From assembly GCA_951406725.2 (NCBI GenBank), contig OX597817.1, positions 136,772,001 to 136,836,000 on the forward strand: a stretch of DNA of 64,000 nucleotides, in the 5' to 3' direction. Below the pieces are notes generated by a model. The model was not told the origin of the DNA. It was given only the letters and a program-made list of their open reading frames with translations, and made no database searches. Positions 51,033-64,000 of this stretch are shown here, one piece after another; position 1 is the stretch's first letter, and each line of letters begins with the position of its first letter. The stretch comes from Octopus vulgaris. Its lineage: Eukaryota. Both the position numbers and the translations under genes were made by a program.

Positions 51033-51709
51033 AGATAAATTGATAGTGCAATATATGTATATAGAAATATAAACAATGTATATATATATATATATAAATA
51101 TAAAATATATATAAAGTGAGTGAGAAAGAAATTTCTATATCCAAGGCTGGGACCTTGTGTGATGGGCCCCCTATACAATCTAGGATCACAACACATGTAA
51201 ACACACTGCAACAAAATTACCTTTCCTCAACAGGCCCTGCTCCATCTACATTATCCACGAACAAATCAAAAAAGGGACAGGTCCCATCACCTTCAAAGAA
51301 TTTCTGGATATATTCATCTTTGTTGATGAGAACTCCCTGGGCCATGATACACAAAACTTGACTTTAAAATGCTATCAATTTAGACATTGCTTTGGGCAAT
51401 AGCTACCAGTTGAGCACTAGGGTTGATGTAATCAACTGGCTCCCACCCCACACTTCCTCCAGAATTTCAAGCCTTGTGCCATGTAGTTGAAAAGATGATT
51501 CTTGGTATAGGGGTTATCCCTGAATTACCCCATGTTGATTACTCCACTACTAAGAATTCTATTTTTACATCCTTTTCTTATATCCTCATTGTTGTAGTGT
51601 TTTTGTTCGATATAAACCCCGTCAGTTTATGTATCTTGTCCTTTGAGATTGTTCTGAATGTCTTGGGCCCTTGCAGCCAATAAAAGAAATTATTATTATT
51701 ATCATCATC

Positions 51710-51741
<32 letters not shown>

Positions 51742-51777
51742 TATCATTATCATATTTATTGCTTTTATTATTATCAA

Positions 51778-51990
51778 GTAAAAGCTGGCAGAATTGTTAG
51801 CACGCTGGACAAAATACTTAGCGGTATTTTGCCTGTCACTGTTCTGAGTTCAAATTCCACTGAGGTTGGCTTTGCCTTTCATCCTTTCAGGGTTGATAAA
51901 TTAAGTGCCAGTGAAACGCTAGAGTCAATTACTTCAACTAGTCCCCTCTCCGAAAACTTCAGACCTTGTGGTCTATAGTAGAAAAGATTA
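51778..51990 (+). mobile_element. SINE family A inside a (TAT/CAT)n tract
   Basis: AGCTGGCAGAATTGTTAGCACGC..TTCTGAGTTCAAATTCC..CTTTGCCTTTCATCCTTTCAGGGTTGATAAATTAAGTGCCAG; trinucleotide runs on both sides. Confidence 0.88.
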
Positions 51991-52551
51991 TTATTATTAT
52001 TATTATTTTTATTTTTATTATTGTTATTATTATCATGATTATTTATTGGTTGGGTTGCAATTTGGAAAAATCTAATTGTATTTAATAATCAGCTTGGAAC
52101 CATCATGGCCAAAAAACTGCGATTTGAATCCTGTTAGCCAAAATATCAATTATATCTTGTTTTATTTGTAACTCCCTGAATTTCTTTGTTTCTAATGTTT
52201 CAAATAACTGGAATATTCCCCAGTAATGACCCTTTACGCATTCCCAACAATCTCTTTATTTATATCTTCTGTGTTCCTAACTTGTTTTCCTTAAAAATCA
52301 ATTTTTTAATTCCCCCACCACCACCACCACCACCTATTGTTCCTTTGTTAATTGAAACTTTCTTATCTTCCTCCCACCACCGCTCATACACCACCACAGC
52401 ATTGCTAAATTATGGAAATATCTCTGAGCTTTTCTTCTTCTACTATACTCACACACACACACAGTTACCTATGCACTCATGCACCCACACACACACACAC
52501 ACACATGAATACTATTACACATGAAATGCATACATACTGGCACACATGCAT

Positions 52552-52587
<36 letters not shown>

Positions 52588-52607
52588 GCTTACACACAGG
52601 CACACAT

Positions 52608-52676
<69 letters not shown>

Positions 52677-54154
52677 GGCACACATACATACATACACACA
52701 CACACATACATATATATACATATATATTTATATGCTTACACACAGACACACATGCTTACAGTTACATATATACACACATATGGAGTTAAAATGTAATATC
52801 AGAGAGAGAGAGACAGAGAGGGGTGGGTGGGAGGGAAAGTGACTGAGTGGAATAGGTGAATATGTAAACAATGTTACTGTGAAGGGAGGTGGTGGTGGTG
52901 GTGTTGGTGGAGGTGGTGGTGGTGTGTGAATCTCATTGTTTACAATATACACAGCTTGCTTTTTACAGGATCCCCTTCAAGAGGTGAGCCAGCTCCTGTA
53001 GTAGTGTATTTGTGTCAATGTATGTGGATGTTAGTCAATAGTGTGTATGGCAGCTTCACTGTAGGTATGATGTGGTGGTGGTGGTGGTGGTGGTAGGGTG
53101 GAACAGGCGATGGGAGAAAGGAGACAGTTTGGATGCTTACAAGGTTTGTTTATGTGTAAAAGTTTGTTGAAGAGGCAGTAAAAAAACCAGTGTTTTTATT
53201 TCTGTGTAGCCTAGCTTATCCAGAAGCAGCAGCTTTTTGGGGTTGGTTTCTCTTGTCATAGAGTCTTGTATCCTGGATGTTTCAATGAAGTACTTCTGTA
53301 TACAGGGGGCCCCTCTTGTTATATATAGATATATTATATTATATTCTGTGTTAAAATATAGAAATGGTGGCAATTGAAAATTCTGTAAATAATAATAATA
53401 ATTATAAGCTTGTGTTCCTGTAGGTGTATACATTAATTGCCCAATCTTCACAGATGATTACCATCTTCTTAAATTTCCTCATTACCAATGGCATTTCTGA
53501 CTTTCCATCCATGACCTCCTTGATGACTATCCAGTCCCGCTGCAGATCTGAATCGTTTGTGGTGACTGATGAGAGTTGTCACTTACTGTGTGCTTCCAGC
53601 TGGTTAAGTCTGTACACACTTCCAATCTTCCATCTACGTAGGACTTTCAGCAGATGGAATGACACATAAGTTTACCATAAAGAGACATCTGTATGTCATT
53701 GGATTATAGCAATAAACACTTGTAAAGCACGAGTACCACTCTCTGTGTCTCGGTGATTAGTATGTTAGCGATAGGCTGAAGTGAGATGACCCGTTATCAT
53801 GTGAAACCACAGGTTTTACACCAGAGTGTCCTCTTACAAGGATACTGTGATAACAGATAGGAATCCATCACTGCTGGTGGATTGGCTGCACTACCTGACG
53901 CTAACTAAGGGTATTTCTGCATCCTTGCACTCGGATTGTCATCACATATGCTAGTTAACCCTAAAAAGTACTACTACTCTGCATCAGAGAAGAGATGGGA
54001 GCAATAATGGCTAAGAGGTGGGTCCACACTCTTCAAGACCCCAGAACTTGTGCAGCAGAGCCTCATGACTGGATGCAATTTAATGTCATACCCAGGATGC
54101 ATATGTATGCATGCATACACACACTCACTAACACACACATACACATTACACATA

Positions 54155-54520
54155 CATCATCATCATTGTTTAACATCCGTTTTCCATGCTGGCACGGGTT
54201 GGATGGTTTGACTGAGGACTGGCAAGCCAGGAGGCTACACTAGGCTCCAATCTTATCTGACAATCTTTCTACAGCTAGATGCCCTTCTTAATGCCAACCA
54301 CTCCGAGAGTGTAGTGTGTGCCTTTTACATGCCATCAGCATGGAAGCCAGTCAGGTGGCACTGTCATCGGTCACATTTGGATGGTGCTTCTTACGTGTCA
54401 CTGGCACAGGGAGCCAGTCAGGTGGCACTGGCAACGACCCATGCATGGATGATTCTTATTGTGCGCCACCAATGCAGGAGCCAGTCAAGTAGCATTGGCA
54501 TCAGCCACAACTACAATTTC
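54155..54520 (-). mobile_element. Family D element with internal ~67-bp tandem subunits
   Basis: Standard tail plus recurring GCCAGTCAGGTGGCACTG at ~54346 and ~54413, and a variant at ~54480. Confidence 0.85.
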
Positions 54521-54825
54521 CATTTGATTAGGTACTTTTATATATAGAATATGAATAATATAAAATGGATTGAGCAACACACTGCATTGCATTGTATTAC
54601 AATTTTTTCATTGCCGCTTTCCCAACAGATTATTTAAGATATAAAATATAAAATAACACATCATGTCAGTATTATTATTTATTCCAGCAACACTGCTAAG
54701 TTTAAAGGTTACCAGAGCATACTACAAACTTTATACTTAAATTGACTTGATATATATCATCATCATCATCATCATCGTTTAACGTCTGCTTTTCTAGCTG
54801 GCATTGTTTAGGTATTACTCTTGCA

Positions 54826-54973
54826 GTGGTTGGCATTGGGAAGGGCATCTAGCTGTTGAAACCTTGGCAGATCAGATTGGAACCTAGTACAGCCTTTTGG
54901 CTTGCCAGTCCTCAGTCAAATCTTCCAACCCATGCTAGCATGGAAAGTGGACATTAAACGACAACGATGATGA
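54826..54973 (+). mobile_element. Family D tail
   Basis: GTGGTTGGCATTGGGAAGGGCATCTAGCTG..CCAACCCATGCTAGCATGGAAAGTGGACATTAAACGAC(GAT)n. Confidence 0.85.
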
Positions 54974-56920
54974 TATACACATATGTACTTTCATATACAC
55001 ATATACTTACATATACATACACACACATACATGCATATATATATATATATATATATATATGTGAGCATCTGCTAATACATTACATGTACCATGTCCTTGT
55101 GTCGTTGTTTTTTGTGTTTGTTCTTTTTGGGGATTTACTATATATATATATATAGTTGTCTACTCTTTATGTAGGGTCTGACCACCTCCTGTACCTACAC
55201 CTTAGAGCTATTTCCATAAATTAGTTTTCAGGTAATGAAGTTTGTTCTTAGACATATGGTCTGGGGTTCCATCCCACTGTCTGGCATCTTGTGTAAATAT
55301 TTTTTTGCTCTGGTCATTGTGAATAGAATTTGTTACACATGTGTGGTTGTGTGGGGAGTGGATGTGTACATGTATATGGTGGTGGTGGTGGAGTGTATGC
55401 AGGTATAAACTCATGGGTTTAAGTTGTTTATTTTGCATAAAACATAAACTCAGTGTGTTTATTCCTGTTCTTACACTATTTCTTCTCATCCTCCCCAAAT
55501 TCCCTCCATACACACACTGCACTAATTATTATTGTTGGTATTAATTAAACAATATGCCCTTTATGCCACCCAGTTCCTATATTCACTGAACAATGGCTTT
55601 CTTTTATAATCTTCAAAATCTTTTGATCCCATCATTCTCATTATTGTCATTGTTGATATCTTTGTCATTGTCGCCCTCCTCTTCCTCCTCCTCCTCCTCA
55701 TCATCATCATCATCATCATCCATGCATGTGCAATCCCCTAAAGGTGGCAGTGGTTCAGACTCTCACTGAGTTTAAGAGCCACACCTGGTCAATGAAAGTA
55801 ATAAAATACAGAACTTGAAACATTCTAACCATTTTTTTTTTACTGTAGATATTTGATTAAAGATGCCAAAGATAGGCAGCTCAACTGGAATTTGATTAAG
55901 AAATTCCCTCAAGTTTAAATAAATTTTGGATGTATAAATGGTTTTATATATTTGGGAATGCAGTTGAAGTGAATAGGAGGAGTGTTTGAAGTAAGTTTGT
56001 CTTTATTCAGAGACACAAAGCAAACAAGCGATAGAAGGTGTGCTAGGTATGAGATTCCTCAGCCACTCATTGGTTCGTAGAAGTACTAGGAGACATCAAG
56101 AAGGGGAGGAGATCCACAGGCCAAACTTGTGGATGGATCAAGTTCCTATCTGAATAGAAGTTGACAAAGTGTGGGATGGGATGGCAGTAGGCAGAGCAGG
56201 AAAAACTAGGAAACACACCCAGAAAGGTTGAAAAGAAGTAGGTGAGAAAGTCAGGGAGTTATAAAGCGAGAAAAATAAATAAAAAAGAAGAGACATCAAG
56301 CATATGCACTGCAGAGATGAACTGAAAGTAAGATGCTCACTAAGGTAGGGTAATGAAAGGTTCATAGGTGTGAGGGGGCCCCCTCAATTGGAAAAGCAGT
56401 AAGTAAAATTCAAGATGTCAGTAGACCATAGAGCACATAGAATGATATATATATATGTACATGTGTGTTTGTGTTTTGAGTGTGTACATAAAAATATTCA
56501 TATGCATATATATACATATCTATATTTATCTATATATGTGTGTGTGTATGTAATTTGTGTTATGTGTAGCAGCAGTGCTTGTTGCTAGAATTTCCAAGTC
56601 TAATAGAACGAACCTCTCCAAATCCTAGTTCTGCTATCTGTATGAAGGGGTTTAGGACTGGTCAGCTTGTTTGAGACATAGAGTTTGATATGCGATATAA
56701 CAATGAAGTCAAACCAAATAATGATATTATGAATGCATTTAATATGTTTCATATAATTACACAATGGATAAAAATGGAATTTCATCTCTTACCATGCAAA
56801 GTCTTCATCAGGTAAGAAATCTTGAAATATGCAATGCACTGGCATCCTGTACAGAGATACTTCACAGAATCTGAGAAACTGTTCTTTTGAACTTATATAT
56901 TTTATACATATATAATCATG

Positions 56921-57346
56921 GGTACAGGAGCGGCTGTGTGGTAAGAAGCTTGCTTCCCAGCCACATGGTTCTGGGTTCAGTCCTACTGCGTGACAACTTG
57001 GGCAAGTGTCTTCTACTATAGCCTAGAGACGACCAAAGCCTTGTGAGTGGATTTGGTAGACGGAAACTGAAAGAAGCCCGTCGTGTATATATATATATAT
57101 TTATATATATATATATGTATGTGTGGGTGTTTGTTATTTGTGTCTGTGTTTCTCCCCCCACCATCGCTTGAGAATCGATGCTGGTATGTTTATGTCCCTG
57201 TAACTTAGTGGTTCGGCAAAAGAGACCGATAGAATAAGTACTAGGCTTACTAAGGATAAGTCCCAGGGGTCGATTTGTTCAACTAAAGGTGGTGCTCCAG
57301 CATGGCCGCAGTCAAATGACAGAAACAAGTAAAAGAATAAAAGAAT
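56921..57346 (+). mobile_element. SINE family B, full length
   Basis: Complete head, core, (TA)n spacer, 3' half and (AAAGAAT)n tail. Confidence 0.92.
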
Positions 57347-57355
57347 ACATGCATA

Positions 57356-57504
57356 CAGTGTCCGTAAATTACCTTTACAATTTGAGAAGTTCAGTGGGGA
57401 AATCAGGACATTCCTATGTAGGGTCCATTAGATGCACACAACACATCTAGATGATGTATGAAAATAAATTGTGGAAGTTGTAAAGATAACTTATGAACAC
57501 CCTG
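57356..57504. mobile_element. Tc1/mariner-type MITE (~150 bp)
   Basis: Left TA-CAGTGTCCGTAAATTACCTTTACAA; right end reverse complement CAGGGTGTTCATAAGTTATCTTTACAA. This gives a ~26-bp imperfect TIR; the TA target is intact on the left and mutated (CA) on the right. Confidence 0.7.
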
Positions 57505-57512
57505 CATATATA

Positions 57513-57894
57513 TTCTTTTACTTATTTCAGTCATTTGCCTGCGACCATGGTGGTGCACTGCCTTTAGTCAAACAATTCAACCCCAGGACTTATTCTTTGT
57601 AATCCTAGTACTTATTCTATTGATCTCTTTTGCCCAATTGCTAAGTTACAGGGATGTAAACACACCAACATCGGTTGTCAAGCTATGTGGTGAGGGACAA
57701 AAACAGACACACAAATATACACACACACTCACGCATGCATGACAAGCTTCTTTCAGTTTCTGTGTACAAAATCCACTCAACGCTTTGGTCAGTTCGAGGC
57801 TTTAGTAAAAGACTCGCCCAAGGTGCCACTCAGTGGGACTGAACCTGGAACCATGTGGTCAGGAAACAAGCTTCTTATCACACAGCTGTGCCTG
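57513..57894 (-). mobile_element. SINE family B, full length
   Basis: Reverse-oriented copy with both halves and a (CA)n spacer. Confidence 0.9.
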
Positions 57895-58274
57895 TCAAAT
57901 AGGAACCAAATCCAAGCTGTGTCTTTTCTTAGCACATCTGCTTATTTCTGTATTCCAGATCCATATGAAGATGTTACATTTATGTGAGGGTGAAAGTATT
58001 GGAAGAGTTGAAAGTACTGGAAAATATATATGGCAGAGTAATAATATCAAAACAGGAGATAGGAAAAAAGTTTGGGTGTTATTTATCCAACATTACTTGT
58101 TTCATTTGATTCCGTCCGAAGAATTTCTGAGAGGTGATATTTTACATGTTTTTTCCACATGTACAATTTTTTAACTCCTATTAGCAAATGAATTAATTTT
58201 AATTTTTGTCTAAATTTTTTTCCAATCTCCTGCTTTGAGATATATATATATGTATATATATATATATGTGTATG

Positions 58275-58317
<43 letters not shown>

Positions 58318-59954
58318 CGTTTTGAGGGTCTCTCCATTTCATCTTGCTAATTGCACTAAATTTTATTTTTCATTTTTTTTAAACACGTCTTACTAAATTT
58401 GTTTTGCATGAAAGAATAATTTTCATTGCCACTGTGCAATATTTATTCACTTACTTCACACACACACACACACACGTGAATAGACAGGCATGTGTTGTAG
58501 TTTGGCGAAGCCTAGTTAAATTTTGTGGTGCTCATCCCTGGCAGCTATTTTGTTTTGTGAGAAATCAATATGGAAGGGAAATGAGGAAAGATTACATTGT
58601 TTACTTTGCAGAGGAGTGGGATGAGGGGAGGTGGGAGAATTGTTTGTTATTGAATTGAAATGGCATTTATCAGGGATTGAAACCTTGTTGTGGACTCAGC
58701 TTTCTTGAACATTATCTTTGAAGAATGGCGCTCATTGCTTAATGCCTCTTTCTATTGTTAGTGGGTGTATACAGAGGCAGAGTGACGAAGATGTCATTAG
58801 ATGTTTGTGTGAGTATAGTGAAATGGTTTAAATGAAGATGGAATTTGTGTGTGCATGTGTGTGTGTGTGTGTCTTTGACAATAGCTTAAAATATATCCAG
58901 GAATTTACATGAATATGGGATAAATAGTTATGAAACTACAATGCATGTGCAGATGTGTGTGTATGTGTGTGTGTGTACTTATATATCACTTAACATGCAC
59001 AGTATTGAAGTACAAGCTACTAATAGTTTCATGCTCTGGAAACACAATGATTCAGCAGATTTATTTATCATGCCTTGTGTCTCCAAGCAATCTTTCAAGC
59101 TCAAATGCACATGGCTGGTCTTATTTGAAAATTGGGATGCTGGTCTTATTTGCAAAACAGGAAGCTGGTCTATAAAAAGATATGGAAAGAACGTAGATGC
59201 AAAAGGTGGAATGAGAAAAAGTGTAACAAGAAAACAAAGAGGGGGAATACAAATGAAAGAAGAAAGAAAGGAAAACCAAGAGTTGCATCTGCTTTGTCTG
59301 TCGAAATTCTAATTAACCCTGCAGGTGTAAAATGATTCAGTGAGGAGCAGGCCAAAGTCTGTGAGACAGCTGCTCAATCTGGAGACAGTATTCTCCTCCA
59401 GTTTGACAAAAGAAATTTGTCCATGTGCTTGCATTGGATCTGGAATTAAGTAATGTAGTGAAATTCTTGGATTTAAAAAGAATGTATGGTCTTTTGACTA
59501 TACAGAGCTTCTGTGGCTGAAGATGCTTTTCCTTTTTCTTTTTTCTTCACATTTTTTTTCATTCCACTTTTCCTCCTCCTCCTCACTTTTTCTCGCGTTT
59601 TCTCATAGACTAGCATCCTGCTTTTCAAATAAACCTGAATGATTACTTGGAGACACAAGGCACATTGTGTTCTTACAGTATGAAACTAGTAGTAGCTCAT
59701 AATTTGAAATCCTGTGTATATGACCTGATATTTACTGGATGGAGTATTTATTTTGTAGATCTTACCTATAATGTAACAATAAACTATGCAGCTGTGTGTG
59801 TGTTTGTGTGTATATATATACATGTGTGTGTGGATATATGAAAATAAGGGATGACAAAGGAACCTACAGAAAAACGAAAAACACAAGTTCAATCCCTCCT
59901 CAACTATCCACCAAATACCACTGCAATTTCAAACATTATATATATACATGATAC

Positions 59955-59986
<32 letters not shown>

Positions 59987-59996
59987 ATATGTATGA

Positions 59997-60042
<46 letters not shown>

Positions 60043-60051
60043 GCATATATA

Positions 60052-60290
60052 ATCATCATCGTTTAACGTCTGCTTTCCATGCTAGCATGGGTTGGACGAT
60101 TTGACTGAAGACTGGCGAACCATATGGCTTTACCAGACTTCAGTCTGATCTGGCAGAGTTTCTACAGCTGGATGCCCCTCCTAACGCCAACCACTCCGAG
60201 AGTGTAGTGGGTGCTTTTACATGCCACCGGCACAAGGGCCAGTCAAGTGCTACTGGCAATGGCCACACTCAAATGCTGTTTTTTTATGTA
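60052..60290 (-). mobile_element. Family D element
   Basis: (CAT)n-CGTTTAACGTCTGCTTTCCATGCTAGCATGGGTTGGACG..GGATGCCCCTCCTAACGCCAACCACTCCGAGAGTGTAGTGGG. Confidence 0.88.
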
Positions 60291-60331
60291 CCTATATTAT
60301 ATATATTATATATTATATAATATATATATAT

Positions 60332-60900
60332 ATCATCATCATCATCATCATCATCGTTTAACGTCCGCTTTCCGCGCTAGCACGGGTTGGACGGTTTGAC
60401 CGGGTCTGGGAAGCCAGGGGCCGCACCAGGCTCCAGTCTGAATCTGGCAGAGTTTCTACGGCTGGATGCCCTTCCTAACGCCAACCACTCCGTGAGTGGA
60501 TTGGGTGCTTTTTACGTGCCACCTGCACAGGGGCCGGAGGGTCCGGCATCGTCACGATCGGTTCGAGCATTTTAACGTGTCAGTGGCACGGGGGCAACGA
60601 GGTCCGGGGTACTTTGGGGATCGGGGTACTTTGGGGATCCAGGGTACTTTGGGGATCCGGGGTACTTAGAATGGGTAGGGGGTATGTGGAATTGCTGCAG
60701 AAAGCAGCCCGGGTCTTTGTAGTCACAGCATTTATCGTCACTGAGTAACGTAATTAGGTAGAGGAAAGAAATACAGATATTCTAGAGTTGAGTTGGGGAG
60801 GGGGGTCCAGTTGAGGCGGGTAATATAGGGGAGCAACCAGTGGGGAAGGTTGGGGTAAGGAGGAACGATGGCAGGAAGGGTTGGTGTAGGTTCCTAAGAA
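60332..60900 (-). mobile_element. Family D element, CpG-rich (young) long copy
   Basis: Same tail with CpGs retained, followed by an 18-bp tandem array and a G-rich body. Confidence 0.82.
60604..60667. repeat. Minisatellite, ~3.5 copies of CCGGGGTACTTTGGGGAT
   Basis: Seen directly. Confidence 0.9.
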
Positions 60901-60984
60901 ATAAAAAAAAAAAAAATATATTATATATTATATATATGTTATATATATTATATATGTGCATGCATGTGTAAGTAGCTTTTTCTC

Positions 60985-61400
60985 TATCTTTTTACATGTT
61001 TCAAACATTGGACTGTGGCCATGCTGGGGCAATACCTTCAAGAGTTGAGTCCAACAAATTGACCCAGTACTTATTTTAAAGCCTGTTGCTTATCTTATTC
61101 CTCTTTTTTGCTGAAAACAAACCAACAGCATTTGTGAAGTTGTGGTGAAGGACAAACACATGCACAAAGTCATGTCACATCACACACACACACACATCAC
61201 ACACACACACACATCACACACACACACACACACACATAAACACACACACACACGCACGCGCACGCACGGTATGGACTTCTTTTAGTTTCTGTCTACCAAA
61301 TCCACTCACAATGTTTTGGTAGGCCTGAGGCTATAGTGGAAGACACTTGTCCAAGGTGCCATGAAGTGGGACTGAACTTGGAACCGTGTGGTTGGGAAAT
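60985..61400 (-). mobile_element. SINE family B, diverged, with expanded (CA)n spacer
   Basis: GACTGTGGCCATGCTGGGGC..CCAGTACTTATT..TTTCTGTCTACCAAATCCACTCAC..GAAGACACTTGTCCAAGGTGCC..GTGTGGTTGGGAA. Confidence 0.82.
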
Positions 61401-61553
61401 AAAATGAGCTAAGAGATGCAACTCAGAGCGGCCAATGTTATGTATGACATACAAGATAAATTAACTCTACTTCCAGACTTATTAATTAGTAATTGGTAGA
61501 AACTCTAAACGAGAAGGGAGATAATCTCAAGAATCAGTGTGTGTGTGTGTGCA

Positions 61554-61587
<34 letters not shown>

Positions 61588-62304
61588 TGTGTGCTTATGT
61601 AGATCATTGCCGTCATCATTGGTTCTTAACTTATCTTTGTTTGAATGAGTCAGATGAAATTGGTTCAGATAGGTTTTACTGTGGCCAAACGTCCACTCAG
61701 TTGCTAATCTTCACTTATTTCCAAGCAAGGCAAATATTTGCTTCTTCCCAGACATGTTTTCAGGGAAGATTGGAAGCAATCAACACACCTTGTATAGTTA
61801 GTGGCACAGGTTTTTTACAAGTATCACACACATACACACACATATACATATAAATATACAATAGGCTTCGACACAGTTTCATCATCATCAACAACTTTTG
61901 ACTTTCATTTTCTACACTGGCATGGGTTGGGCAGGTTGACAGGAGCTGGTTAGCCTAGGGATTGCACCAAGCTCCCACTGTCAGTCTTGGCATGGTTTTT
62001 ATAGTTCCCTTCCTAAAACCAACCACATTAGGGAGTGACTGGGTGCTTTTTATGTGGCACCAGCACTGCTGACGTCACCATGGTTTCTATCAGCCATATC
62101 CTCTCATAGTCAACTTCAGATTAAAGAAGAAGTAACCTATCCTAGATGCCAGGCCGTCAGACTGAACCCATGACCACATGGTTAGAAAGTAAACTTCTTA
62201 GCTGAACAACTATGCCACACACACAAACACACAAATATATTTGCCCATATGTATAAATACATATGCATATACACACTCTTGTTCGTATTTTAGTATCTCC
62301 TTGT

Positions 62305-62765
62305 GAAGGTGGAGGGTTGAGCAGTTCGGATGTTTGGATTATGATTGTAAGGCCATGAGTTTGATTCCTTGCATCAAAGTTGTGTCCTTGAACAAGGCAC
62401 TTCATTTCATGTTACTGCAGTCCTCTCAGCTAGCAAAAAATGAGTTGTACCTGTAATTCAAATGGGGAACTACATTAAGGGTATGTGTGCCTGTGGAGTG
62501 CTCAGCCACTTGCACATTAATTTTGTGACATTGCATGATGGTTGTAAATGAGCATCACCTTTATGCAAGCAGGATCTTTCATTTGGAATATTCCATGAAA
62601 ACATGTTTACCCATGGCTACAAATTACCCTACTTAGGAACAGATGAGGGTTAATGACTGGAAGAGCTTCCAACTGGAAGGGAATCTGGCCATAGAAAATC
62701 TGCTTCAGTAAATTCTGTTTGATCCATGCAAGAATGGAAAAGTGGATGTTGAAAGCATAATGTTG
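62305..62765 (+). mobile_element. SINE family E with RTE-like tail
   Basis: GAGTTTGATTCC B box, GTCCTTGAACAAGGCACTTCATTTCATG core, and 3' GGAAGGGAATCTGGCCATAGAAAATCTGC..CCATGCAAGAATGGAAAAGTGGATGTT. Confidence 0.75.
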
Positions 62766-63295
62766 ATTTCAAACTTGGGACCAGGAAAAAAAAAAAAAAA
62801 AAAGAATAAAAATTCTGAACATTGTGTTTTCTTGGTTAATCTGTTGGTCATGCAATATGTCAGCTGTTCATTCAACTTGATCATGTGATACCTAACACCT
62901 CTGTAGGGCTCTGTCTCTCTTTCTCTTTCTTTCTCTTCTCCTCCTCTCTTCCTGTCTCTATGTTTCTCCCTCCCTACTTTCCTCTTTTAAAATACACTAC
63001 CCCCTGCCCCATACACACACATCACAAAAATGCAGACACATGTTAAGAACTTACACATACACACACATGGAATTTTATATATGTTTACATTTATGTTTAT
63101 ATTTCACACTAAGTGTCGTCTCCAAAAAGTGTAAACATGCCTTCCCTGAATCTGAAATGAAAAGAAAAGCAAATTTATGAACCCCCCCTCCACCATACAT
63201 GCACATGTACACACATACACTTCAAATATGTCTAACATAGCATCTACATTAAGTTGGATATAAGATTGCATTTTGGTAGTGATACTGCTTTTGTC

Positions 63296-63333
<38 letters not shown>

Positions 63334-63368
63334 GTATAATTATTAATGACAAAACCAGTAATATGTGA

Positions 63369-63630
63369 AGGTGCATGGCTCAGTGGTTAGAGCATCAAGC
63401 TCACAATCACAAGGTAGTGAGTTCAATTCCTGGATCAAGGTGTATGTTGTGTTTTTGAGCAAGACACTTTATTTCACGTTGCTCCAGTTCACTCAGCTGT
63501 AGTAATGAGTTGCGACGTTACTGGTGCCAAGCTGTATCGGCCCCTTTTACCTTTCCCTTGGATAACATCAGTGGTGTGGAAAGGGGAGGCTAGTATGCAT
63601 GGCCGACTGCTGGTCTTCCATAAACTACCC
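63369..63630 (+). mobile_element. tRNA-derived SINE family E
   Basis: A box TGGCTCAGTGG, B box GAGTTCAATTCC, then TTGAGCAAGACACTTTATTTCACGTTGCTCCAGTTCACTCAGCTG core. Confidence 0.88.
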
Positions 63631-63659
63631 TTTTGTAGCTATGAGTAAATATGTTTTCA

Positions 63660-64000
63660 TGGAATATTCCAATTGAAGGATCCTGCTTGCATAAAGGTGA
63701 TGCTCATTTACAACCAATGGCATTACCGCTTGACTGGCATCTGTGCCAGTGGAACTTTAAAAGCACTATTCGAGCATGGTCATTGCCAGTGCTGCTGGAC
63801 TGGCTCTTGTGCAAGTGACACGTAAAAAGCACCATTTGAACGTGGTCGATGCCAGTACCGTATGACTGGCCATCATGCCAGTGGCACATGAATGCACTGA
63901 CTACACTCTTGGCTTGATTGGCATTAGGAAGGGCATCCAGCTGTAGAAACTTTACCAGATCAGCTTGGAGCATGGTGCAGCCTTCTGGTTCACCAGTCCT
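63660..64000 (+). mobile_element. Family D element, running off the window end
   Basis: GACTGGC subunits, ACACGTAAAAAGCAC, GGCATTAGGAAGGGCATCCAGCTGTAGAAAC. Confidence 0.85.

Noticed and set aside
53150-54100. Possible RTE endonuclease 5' relic (WKIGS..LNQ); also faint APE-like traces at 56040-56440 and mariner-like traces at 26000-26500
   Set aside because: Motif matches are too degenerate to call without an alignment search.
59305-59455. Acceptor-like CTAATTAACCCTGCAG followed by a GC-richer segment
   Set aside because: Stops in all three frames within 20 nt, and no pyrimidine tract; not supportable as a coding exon (a non-coding exon is not excluded).
60604-60667. CRISPR-like repeat array
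   Set aside because: Head-to-tail minisatellite with no spacers, in a eukaryotic context with no cas genes.
63369-63440. tRNA-like sequence with A and B boxes (also the heads of SINE A and B)
   Set aside because: No complete cloverleaf with a paired acceptor stem; continues into a SINE body and is multi-copy.

Overview
AT-rich eukaryotic genomic DNA, very dense in microsatellites and transposon relics. The repeat make-up strongly suggests an octopod cephalopod (Octopus sp.); this is an inference from repeat content, not a database result. Almost all ORF-track entries are artefacts of (TA)n/(TG)n/(AAT)n runs or of SINE/LINE remnants. One convincing host coding exon is present: 7841-7993 (+), 153 nt, phase 0/0, MMEGGSHQETAINLSTSKDLLQSCNGD..., tentatively the N-terminal exon of FoxP. 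The rest of the window looks like very large intron(s), with a weak 27-nt microexon candidate at 47411-47437. DNA transposons: a complete but inactivated Tc1-type element with DD36E spacing (8191-9455), two differently deleted DD37D/maT copies, a piggyBac relic, two TTAA-flanked MITEs and a TA-flanked MITE. Retroelements: RTE relics with a PHD-like finger, CR1/L2-group, R4/Dong-like and Penelope GIY-YIG relics, and at least four recurrent SINE-like families plus an unclassified ~520-bp repeat. Most interesting signals: (i) a guild of elements piled into (AAT)n microsatellites, possibly driven by an R4/Dong LINE; (ii) several degenerate minimal hammerhead ribozyme motifs of Penelope type; (iii) closely spaced inverted SINE pairs that would form long intronic dsRNA. 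No prokaryotic-type system, CRISPR array, rRNA or true tRNA gene is supported.
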